Assembly: GCA_031392945.1 (NCBI GenBank) | Contig: JANMVT010000195.1 | Location: 33,672 to 97,671, forward strand | From: Rhodoferax sp. | GTDB lineage: Bacteria; Pseudomonadota; Gammaproteobacteria; Burkholderiales; Burkholderiaceae_C | Direction of reading: 5' to 3' | Length of the DNA stretch: 64,000 nucleotides | Shown: in pieces, positions 57,466-64,000 of the stretch | Position numbering within the stretch: the first letter of the stretch is position 1 | Layout of the letters: every line of letters starts with the position of its first letter | The notes under the pieces: model-generated | Database searches by the model: none | What the model saw: the letters and a program-made list of their open reading frames with translations, nothing else | What the model was told of the DNA's origin: nothing | Translations under genes and position numbers: made by a program

Positions 57466-57537
57466 AGTATTCCCGGCATTCCCGCACTGGCTTGCAATAT
57501 GGTAGCACCGAGAGCAAGGCGGCCTGCCAGGATTTCG

Positions 57538-58353
57538 TCACCTTTTCTGGCAATTGGGACAGAAAAACGTGGATCGCTGCCCCTGGCGGATGGCTTTGAC
57601 GGGCCGGGCGCAAACCTTGCAGGGCAGGCCCGTCCGCCCATAAACCATGGCTTCAAGCTGGAAATGCCCGGCTTCGCCATGGGCGTTCGAGAAATCGCGC
57701 AGGGTGCTGCCACCCTGCTCGACGGCGCGCGCCAGCACTTGCTGGATGGCCGCGCGCAACCTGGCCGCGCGCAGCCGGCTGAGGCTGCTGGCCCGCGTTG
57801 TGGGGCGGATGCCTGCAAGAAACAGCGCCTCGGACGCGTAAATATTGCCTACGCCCACCACCAGATCGCCCGCCAGCAAGACCTGCTTGATCGCCGACGC
57901 GCGGGTTTTCAAAGCAGCGTGAAAAACGCCAGGGTCGAAGTCATCCGACAGTGGCTCCACGCCCAATTTACCCAGCAGTTTCTGCGCGACGGCGGCGTCC
58001 TCCTGCGGCGAATAAACCACGGCGCCAAAGCGGCGCGGGTCGTTCAGGCGCAGCGTGCCCTGGCTTGTGGCCATTTCAAAATGGTCATGCGCGCCCGGCG
58101 CCGCCAGGCCGTGTCCGAACGTCAGGCTGCCGGACATGCCCAGATGCACCAGCAACAAGCCCTGGTCAAGATCGATCAGCAAATACTTGCCCCTGCGGCG
58201 CACCGAGAGCACGTGGCGCCCCGACAAGCCGGCCGGCGGGCAACCCAGCGGCCAGCGCAGGGCTTTGCCCATGCGGACAGACAAGACGCGCGCGCCCCGG
58301 ATGCGCTCCACAAAGCTTAAGCGCGTGACTTCGACTTCGGGCAGTTCAGGCAT
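57538..58353 (-). CDS. mutM: formamidopyrimidine-DNA glycosylase
   Basis: 271 aa. N-terminal MPELPEVE. C-terminal zinc finger [25 protein letters not shown]. Confidence 0.95.
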   Translation of the reverse strand: MPELPEVEVTRLSFVERIRGARVLSVRMGKALRWPLGCPPAGLSGRHVLSVRRRGKYLLIDLDQGLLLVHLGMSGSLTFGHGLAAPGAHDHFEMATSQGTLRLNDPRRFGAVVYSPQEDAAVAQKLLGKLGVEPLSDDFDPGVFHAALKTRASAIKQVLLAGDLVVGVGNIYASEALFLAGIRPTTRASSLSRLRAARLRAAIQQVLARAVEQGGSTLRDFSNAHGEAGHFQLEAMVYGRTGLPCKVCARPVKAIRQGQRSTFFCPNCQKR

Positions 58354-58412
58354 TTGGAATCCGGATTGGACAGGTCTGTGTGAATGGGCGCGGCATAGAT
58401 TATTATGGATTC

Positions 58413-60251
58413 ATGTTTCCAATCCAAAGCTTCATGGCCCTGGGGCAATTTCGCACCTGTTCGCCGTCCGGCGACACCGCCGCCGCCCGGCTGCGCAACC
58501 GTTTCATTGCCCGGTTGGGCGCGGGTGTTTTGATATTCGCCGCTTCAGGCGTTTTCGCCCAAACCACGGGCAGCCAAGGGGCGGCGGCGGACACCACTGA
58601 CAGCACGGCCAGCTCGGCCCTGGACAGCGATCTGTTTTACCAGCTCATGCTGGGCGAACTCAATGTGTTCGGGGGCGAGCCGGGCGCCGGTTATTCGCTC
58701 ATCCTGGACGCGGCGCGCAAAACCAATGACGCCAAGCTGTACGAGCGCGCGGTCAATGTCGCCTTGCAGTCGCGCTCGGGCGAGCCCGCCTTGCAGGCCG
58801 CGCGGGCCTGGGCCAGGGCGCAGCCCGCGTCCCGCGAAGCCAACCGCTACGTCTTGCAGATCCTGGTCGGCTTGAACCGCATCGGCGAGACGCTGGAGCC
58901 GCTCAAGTTTGAGATCAACTCCGCCGCGCCCAAGGACCGCGTCGCCGAAATATCGGCAATACCGCGCTTTTACGCGCGCGTGACCGATAAAAAACTGGCC
59001 GCCGGCGTGGTGGAACAGGCGCTGGGCGACTACCTGGCCAGCCCCGTTCTGGGCGCGCCGGCCTGGGTCACCCTGGGCCGCCTGCGGGTTGAGGCGGGCG
59101 ACACCGCTGGCGTACTCGACGCCGCGCAGCGCGCCCAAGGCCTGGACGCCAAGTCGGATGGCGCCGCCTTGCTGGCCCTGAGCCTGATGGGCTCCAAAAC
59201 GCCGCAGGCCGAGGCCATCGTGCGCAAGCACCTTGAAGGCGGCCCCCAAGTCGAAGTCCGCATGGGTTACGCCCGTGCCTTGCTGGACGCGCAGCGTTAT
59301 CCGGAAGCCAGCGCCCAATTGCAAATGGTCACCGCCCAAAAGCCCGACCATCCCCAGGCCTGGCTGATTTTGGGCACGCTGGAACTACAGGACAAAAAGC
59401 CGCTGGCCGCTGAAAAATCATTCAAACGCCACGTCGAATTGGCGAAATCCAGCGCTGGCGCCAGCGCCAGCCCCGAGGTCAACCGCGGTCTGGTGCAGGC
59501 CTATCTGTCCCTTTCGCAAATCGCCGAACAGCGCAATGACCTGGCGCAGGCTGAAAGCTGGCTCAAGCAAATTGACAATTCCGATGACCTGGTCACGGCG
59601 CAGAGCCGGCGCGCCGCGATCCTGGCCAAACAGGGCAAGCTCGAAGAGGGCCGCAAGCTGATTCGCGGCCTGCCTGAGAAATCGCCCGCCGACGCGCGCC
59701 TGAAGCTGATGGCCGAGGTGCAGCTTTTGCGCGACAACAAACAGCTCAAGACGGCTTACGAATTGCTGCTTGAAAACACCAAATCCGGCCCGCCGGACTA
59801 CGACTTGCTCTACGACCAGGCCATGGTGGCCGAAAAGCTGGGCCAGCTTGATGAAATGGAGCGCCTGTTGCGCCAGATCATCGCTGGCAAGCCGGAACAC
59901 CAGCACGCTTACAACGCCTTGGGTTACTCACTGGCCGAGCGCAAAATCCGCCTGCCCGAGGCGCGCCAGTTGATCCTCAAGGCGCTTGAGTTCGCGCCCG
60001 ACGACCCCTTCATCTCGGACAGCCTGGGCTGGCTGGAGTTTCGCAGCGGCAACATGGCCGAAGCCCTGCGCATCCTGCAAACGGCTTTCCAGGCCAGGCC
60101 GGACGCCGAAATCGCCGCCCATCTTGGCGAAGTGTTGTGGGTCAGCGGCCAGCGCGACCAGGCGATGGCAATCTGGCGCGAAGGGGCTTCGCTCAACGCC
60201 GAGAATGAAACTTTGATGGAAACGCTTAAACGCCTGCGTGTGAAACTGTGA
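58413..60251 (+). CDS. tetratricopeptide-repeat protein (periplasmic)
   Basis: ORF from the GTG at 58380; the ATG at 58413 is used here, but the start is uncertain. Signal-like LGAGVLIFAASGVFAQ, then multiple TPR units (e.g. AYNALGYSLAERKIRLPEARQLILKALEFAPDDP). Confidence 0.8.
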   Translation: MFPIQSFMALGQFRTCSPSGDTAAARLRNRFIARLGAGVLIFAASGVFAQTTGSQGAAADTTDSTASSALDSDLFYQLMLGELNVFGGEPGAGYSLILDAARKTNDAKLYERAVNVALQSRSGEPALQAARAWARAQPASREANRYVLQILVGLNRIGETLEPLKFEINSAAPKDRVAEISAIPRFYARVTDKKLAAGVVEQALGDYLASPVLGAPAWVTLGRLRVEAGDTAGVLDAAQRAQGLDAKSDGAALLALSLMGSKTPQAEAIVRKHLEGGPQVEVRMGYARALLDAQRYPEASAQLQMVTAQKPDHPQAWLILGTLELQDKKPLAAEKSFKRHVELAKSSAGASASPEVNRGLVQAYLSLSQIAEQRNDLAQAESWLKQIDNSDDLVTAQSRRAAILAKQGKLEEGRKLIRGLPEKSPADARLKLMAEVQLLRDNKQLKTAYELLLENTKSGPPDYDLLYDQAMVAEKLGQLDEMERLLRQIIAGKPEHQHAYNALGYSLAERKIRLPEARQLILKALEFAPDDPFISDSLGWLEFRSGNMAEALRILQTAFQARPDAEIAAHLGEVLWVSGQRDQAMAIWREGASLNAENETLMETLKRLRVKL

Positions 60252-60832
60252 CCCTGGCGAAATGGGGCGTTTGCGCCGCCCTGCCGTTTGCTATATTAAT
60301 AATAGCTGGTTGTGCACATCCGACAAGGGGAAACGGCCAATTTGACCCCCAGGCCGGGCAAAAACCGGCTGCGTCGGCCCCGTCAGCGCCTGTGCCTGAC
60401 CCTGTGCCATTGCCAGCCGTTTATCGGGGACGGCTGGCGCTCACCGTCGATGCCAACGCCGCGCAGGCCGCTGAGAGCGCGCGGGCGCAATCGTTCTCGG
60501 CCGCATTCGAGTTGAGCGGTAACCCGCAAACCGGCGAGCTGGCGCTGTTCACGCCGCTGGGTGGCACCATCGCCGTCTTGAATTGGGCGCCTGCTGTGGC
60601 GCGGCTTCGGACCAACAACGAGGTGCGGGATTTTGATTCGCTCAGCGCCTTGCTCAAACACGCCACGGGCGCCGAAATCCCGGTGGCAGCGCTGTTCTCA
60701 TGGCTGGCCGGTGACAAGGTGCCTGCAGAGGGCTGGCAGTTGGATTTGTCGCAGTTCGCCAGCGGGCGCCTGTTCGCCAAACGAAGCCTTCCTCTGCCAC
60801 CGCTGGAACTTCGGGTGATCCTTGACAATTGA
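60248..60832 (+). CDS. lolB: outer-membrane lipoprotein LolB
   Basis: 194 aa. The GTG start overlaps the TPR stop (GTGA). Lipobox LIIAGC. Conserved position between the TPR gene and ispE. Confidence 0.75.
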   Translation: MTLAKWGVCAALPFAILIIAGCAHPTRGNGQFDPQAGQKPAASAPSAPVPDPVPLPAVYRGRLALTVDANAAQAAESARAQSFSAAFELSGNPQTGELALFTPLGGTIAVLNWAPAVARLRTNNEVRDFDSLSALLKHATGAEIPVAALFSWLAGDKVPAEGWQLDLSQFASGRLFAKRSLPLPPLELRVILDN

Positions 60833-60885
60833 CGGCTTGCCCGCCACAGCGCCACCAAGAACCGATTAGCTCCGCCGACCTCGCC

Positions 60886-61746
60886 ATGAAAGCGCTCTAC
60901 GACATTGCCGCGCCCGCCAAACTGAACCTGTTTTTGCACATCACCGGCAGGCGCGCCGACGGTTATCACCTGTTGCAATCGGCCTTCATGCTGATTGATT
61001 GGTGCGACACACTACATTTCGAACTGCGGGCGGACGGACAGATCAGCCGGGAAGACCTGGGCGCCCAACTGCCGCCGGATGACTTGATCGTCCGCGCCGC
61101 CAGGGCGCTTCAATCCGCCGGCGGCGTTGCGCCGGGCGTGCACATCGCCGTCCAGAAAAATGTCCCGGCCCAGGCCGGCATGGGCGGCGGCTCATCCGAT
61201 GCGGCATCCACCCTGTTGGCGCTGAACCGCCTGTGGGGGCTTGGGTTGCCGTTGTCAAAATTGCAGCAAATTGGCCTCGCCCTGGGCGCTGACGTGCCGT
61301 TTTTCTTGAGCGGTGGCAACGCCTGGGTGGAGGGCGTAGGCGAAAAAGTCAGCCCGCTGAACCTGCCCGCAGCCCGTTTTCTGGTGGTCAAACCTCAGGC
61401 TGGACTGGAAACCGCCAGGATTTTCTCGCACCCGGATCTGAAAAGGGACACACCAACTGCTATAATTTCAGGCTTTGCTGCAAACCCCTATGGGTTTGGC
61501 TGCAATGATTTGCAAAGTGTCGCCGAGCAGCTTTGCCCGCAAGTGGGCCAGGCCTTGTGCTGGCTGGCGTCGCAAGGCCTGCAAGGGCGGATGACGGGCT
61601 CTGGCAGCGCGGTGTTTGCGCATGTGCCGGCGGATCCATGCGAAGGTTTTCGCGAAGAATTTGGCGAAAATTTTGGCGAAGGTTTTGAAGCAAGATTGTG
61701 CAGCAATCTGCAGGCCCATCCTCTGGCGGGCTGGGCGCCGGGCTAG
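60886..61746 (+). CDS. ispE: 4-(cytidine 5'-diphospho)-2-C-methyl-D-erythritol kinase
   Basis: In-frame ATG at 60886. APAKLNLFLHITGRRADGYH, GHMP motif PAQAGMGGGSSDAA, MTGSGSAVFA. Confidence 0.9.
   Translation: MKALYDIAAPAKLNLFLHITGRRADGYHLLQSAFMLIDWCDTLHFELRADGQISREDLGAQLPPDDLIVRAARALQSAGGVAPGVHIAVQKNVPAQAGMGGGSSDAASTLLALNRLWGLGLPLSKLQQIGLALGADVPFFLSGGNAWVEGVGEKVSPLNLPAARFLVVKPQAGLETARIFSHPDLKRDTPTAIISGFAANPYGFGCNDLQSVAEQLCPQVGQALCWLASQGLQGRMTGSGSAVFAHVPADPCEGFREEFGENFGEGFEARLCSNLQAHPLAGWAPG
61642..61689. repeat. 4 x 12-nt in-frame tandem repeat inside ispE (EGFR-EEFG-ENFG-EGFE)
   Basis: GAAGGTTTTCGC GAAGAATTTGGC GAAAATTTTGGC GAAGGTTTTGAA, codon-aligned with ispE (offset 756 nt from its ATG). 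Confidence 0.9.
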
Positions 61747-61805
61747 TTGGGCAAATTGGGCAAATTGGATTTTTGGGTAAGCCGCATCTTGCGGTTGACC
61801 TGTGT

Positions 61806-61882
61806 AGGGGAGTCGCCAAGTTGGTTAAGGCACTGGATTTTGATTCCAGCATGCGAAGGTTCGAATCCTTCCTCCCCTGCCA
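61806..61882 (+). tRNA. tRNA-Gln (TTG anticodon)
   Basis: AGGGGAG/CTCCCCT acceptor stem, anticodon loop TTTTGAT, T-arm GAAGGTTCGAATCCTTC, G73, CCA encoded. Closely resembles E. coli tRNA-Gln. Confidence 0.95.
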
Positions 61883-61903
61883 AGCCTTGTTTTGGCTTGT
61901 TTT
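61881..61903 (+). terminator. hairpin plus T-run after tRNA-Gln
   Basis: CAAGCC/GGCTTG stem (61881-61886 / 61894-61899), followed by TTTT. Confidence 0.55.
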
Positions 61904-61949
61904 GATACGGTTGGCGGCGGCGTTGTTGTAATCTCAAGCTGGAATTTTC

Positions 61950-62927
61950 ATGCAGGCAGCTCTATCCCCGGATTTCATGGTCTTCACAGGCAATGCCAAT
62001 CCCGGCATGGCCGCTGAAATCGCGCAACACCTGAACATCACCCTTGGTGCGGCCACCGTTGGGCGTTTTTCCGACGGTGAGGTCACGGTCGAGATCAACC
62101 AGAACGTGCGGGCCCGTGACGTGTTTGTGGTGCAAAGCACCTGCGCGCCGACCAATGAAAACCTGATGGAACTGCTCATCATGGTGGACGCCTTGAAGCG
62201 GGCTTCGGCCGAGCGCATCAGCGCGGTGATTCCGTATTTTGGCTACGCGCGGCAAGACCGCCGCCCGCGCTCGAGCCGGGTGCCGATCACGGCCAAGGTG
62301 GTGGCGAACATGCTGCAGGCGGTAGGCGTCGCGCGGGTGTTGACCATGGACTTGCATGCCGACCAGATCCAGGGGTTTTTTGACATCCCGGTGGACAATA
62401 TTTACGCCTCGCCGGTGTTGCTGGGTGATGTCCGGCAAAAAAATTATGAAGACCTGATCGTGGTCTCGCCCGACGTGGGTGGCGTGGTCCGGGCACGGGC
62501 TCTGGCCAAGCAGCTTGATTGCGACCTGGCCATCATCGACAAGCGCCGCCCCCGGGCCAATGTGAGCGAGGTGATGCACGTCATCGGCGAGATCGATGGG
62601 CGCAACTGCGTGATCATGGACGACATGATCGACACGGCGGGAACCCTGGTCAAGGCGGCCGAAGTGCTCAAGGAGCGCGGCGCCAAAAAGGTCTACGCCT
62701 ATTGCACCCACCCGATCTTTTCGGGCCCGGCGATCGAGCGCATCACCAATGGCACGGCGCTGGACGAGGTGGTCGTCACCAACACGATTCCATTGAGCAA
62801 GACAGCCAGGGAATGCAAGAAAATCCGCCAGCTCACCGTGGCCCCGCTGATCGCCGAGACGATCCAGCGCATAGCCAAGGGTGAGTCGGTCATGAGTTTG
62901 TTTTCGGACCAGGAGAACCTCTTTTAA
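61950..62927 (+). CDS. prs: ribose-phosphate pyrophosphokinase
   Basis: 325 aa. [62 protein letters not shown]. Confidence 0.95.
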   Translation: MQAALSPDFMVFTGNANPGMAAEIAQHLNITLGAATVGRFSDGEVTVEINQNVRARDVFVVQSTCAPTNENLMELLIMVDALKRASAERISAVIPYFGYARQDRRPRSSRVPITAKVVANMLQAVGVARVLTMDLHADQIQGFFDIPVDNIYASPVLLGDVRQKNYEDLIVVSPDVGGVVRARALAKQLDCDLAIIDKRRPRANVSEVMHVIGEIDGRNCVIMDDMIDTAGTLVKAAEVLKERGAKKVYAYCTHPIFSGPAIERITNGTALDEVVVTNTIPLSKTARECKKIRQLTVAPLIAETIQRIAKGESVMSLFSDQENLF

Positions 62928-63040
62928 GAGTGTTGTTCCGGTCCGGGCAATTCGCGGGCTCTCGCGCTGGTCTTCAGCGCAAAGGCCTTTTTTAAAATCG
63001 GAACCACACTGGTCGCGGTGGGTTCTTTCAGGAGTTAATT

Positions 63041-63763
63041 ATGAAATTCGTCGCTTTTGAGCGCGCCAAGCAGGGTACGGGTGCGAGCCGCCGTCTCCGC
63101 ATCTCCGGTCGCACGCCCGGCATCGTCTACGGCGGCTCGGGCCAGCCCCAATTGATCGAACTCGATCACAACGCCTTGTGGCACGCCCTCAAGAAGGAAG
63201 TGTTCCATTCCACCGTGCTGGACATGGAAGTCGGCGCCAGCGAGAGCAAAGTGTTGCTGCGCGACGTGCAAATGCACCCGTTCAAACAGCTCGTGCTGCA
63301 CATCGACTTCCAGCGTGTGGACGCCAACACCAAGCTGCACATGAAGGTGCCTTTGCACTATAGCGGCGACGAGAATTCGCAAGCCGTCAAGACCGAAGGC
63401 TGCATCGCCAACCACATCGTCACCGAGATCGAGGTGAAATGCCTGCCCGGCGACCTGCCTGAATTCATCGCCGTCGATTTGAGCGGCCTGAAAAAGGGTG
63501 TTTCCCTGCATCTGGCCGACATCACCCTGCCCAAGGGTGTGACTGCTGTGACGCACGGCAAGAACAACCCGGTGCTGGTGTCCGTGGTGATGGTCGCAGG
63601 CGCTGAGCCGGTTGCCGATGCCGCCGCTGCGCCGGCCGCAGGCGCCGCCGCCGCGCCAGTCGCTGGCGCCAAAGCCGCAGCCCCCGCAGCCAAGGCGGCG
63701 CCTGCCGCCAAAGCCGCACCGGCTGCCAAAGCCCCGGCCGCCAAGCCTGCTGCCAAGAAGTAA
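63041..63763 (+). CDS. rplY: 50S ribosomal protein L25 / general stress protein Ctc, with an Ala-Lys-Pro-rich C-terminal tail
   Basis: 240 aa. [35 protein letters not shown]. Tail [25 protein letters not shown] (about 63602..63763). Confidence 0.9.
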   Translation: MKFVAFERAKQGTGASRRLRISGRTPGIVYGGSGQPQLIELDHNALWHALKKEVFHSTVLDMEVGASESKVLLRDVQMHPFKQLVLHIDFQRVDANTKLHMKVPLHYSGDENSQAVKTEGCIANHIVTEIEVKCLPGDLPEFIAVDLSGLKKGVSLHLADITLPKGVTAVTHGKNNPVLVSVVMVAGAEPVADAAAAPAAGAAAAPVAGAKAAAPAAKAAPAAKAAPAAKAPAAKPAAKK

Positions 63764-63807
63764 GCAAAAAAGCAATCAGGAAGTAACTCTGCTCGCTTTA
63801 TGATCAA

Positions 63808-63827
63808 CGGCCCGCTTGGGCGGGCCG
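63808..63827 (+). terminator. GC-rich hairpin downstream of rplY (weak U-tract)
   Basis: 8-bp stem CGGCCCGC/GCGGGCCG with loop TTGG, followed by TATCATTT. Confidence 0.5.
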
Positions 63828-63828
63828 T

Positions 63829-63917
63829 ATCATTTAATTGGGGTCAGAGCCCGATCTTCCGAATCCTTCGCTCGGCTCAGGCTTCCGGAAATTGGTATCC
63901 GACCCCAATTAAATGAT
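63829..63917. repeat. 17-bp perfect inverted repeat enclosing 55 nt; the right arm contains the pth start codon
   Basis: ATCATTTAATTGGGGTC (63829-63845) and GACCCCAATTAAATGAT (63901-63917) are exact reverse complements. The pth ATG is at 63913-63915. Confidence 0.95.
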
Positions 63918-64000
63918 CAAATTGTTTGTCGGCTTGGGCAACCCCGGCCCGGATTACGAAGCCACCCGCCACAATGCCGGGTTTTGGTGGATCGACGCGC
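63913..64000 (+). CDS. pth: peptidyl-tRNA hydrolase, 3' end outside the window
   Basis: MIKLFVGLGNPGPDYEATRHNAGFWWIDA is the canonical Pth N-terminus. Confidence 0.9.
   Translation, partial: MIKLFVGLGNPGPDYEATRHNAGFWWIDA

Noticed and set aside
62964-62993. Possible terminator after prs (GCGCTG-GTCTT-CAGCGC ... TTTTTT)
   Set aside because: The stem is only 6 bp and is separated from the T-run by 7 nt, so it is not convincing enough to annotate.

Overview
High-GC (by eye about 60-65%) chromosomal segment. The gene order mutM, TPR protein, lolB, ispE, tRNA-Gln, prs, rplY, pth, plus hrcA/nadK/recN, looks betaproteobacterial (Burkholderiales, Comamonadaceae-like). No homology search was run, so product calls rest on motifs I recognise in the supplied translations and on start sites I re-derived from the sequence (the ORF track also opens ORFs at GTG/TTG). 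Layout: (i) 1-3.0 kb, a hybrid histidine kinase (5' partial), a receiver-less CheB-type methylesterase and a REC-PAS regulator in one operon. (ii) 3.1-5.4 kb, a Crp/Fnr regulator and cbpA-cbpM. (iii) 5.5-14.2 kb, an SD-preceded 80-aa membrane ORF abutting the giant cyclic beta-1,2-glucan synthase ndvB (about 2796 aa). (iv) 14.3-44 kb, an unusually dense run of small stress/stationary-phase-type genes: ferritin-like, BON, CsbD, PPK2, DUF3309, PLD/Cls-like, PRC-barrel, flavoproteins, HPII catalase, two hemerythrins, DUF1328, a yqjD-E-K-like triad, glycine-zipper lipoproteins, two mini collagen-like lipoproteins, a beta/gamma-crystallin fusion and AsmA. Embedded in it are a second hybrid kinase, a CHASE3 kinase, a NarL-type regulator and a lone CheY. 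(v) 44.4-48.9 kb, an Mla/Pqi-like lipid-transport operon and a double-BON lipoprotein. (vi) 49.0-49.7 kb, parD plus a start-damaged parE beside a tRNA(CAT). (vii) 49.7-64 kb, housekeeping genes, with a dynamin-family GTPase overlapping mutY and next to mutM. No CRISPR array, rRNA, transposase or integrase was seen. Points worth a second look: the clustered stress regulon with its own regulators; a recurring AT-rich GCTAC/GTAGC palindromic intergenic element; unannotated 24-25-aa hydrophobic peptides; the collagen-like lipoprotein pair; the dynamin-mutY coupling; in-frame microsatellites in a kinase and in ispE; and a hairpin-rich segment flanked by 8-bp direct repeats that covers the pth start codon.
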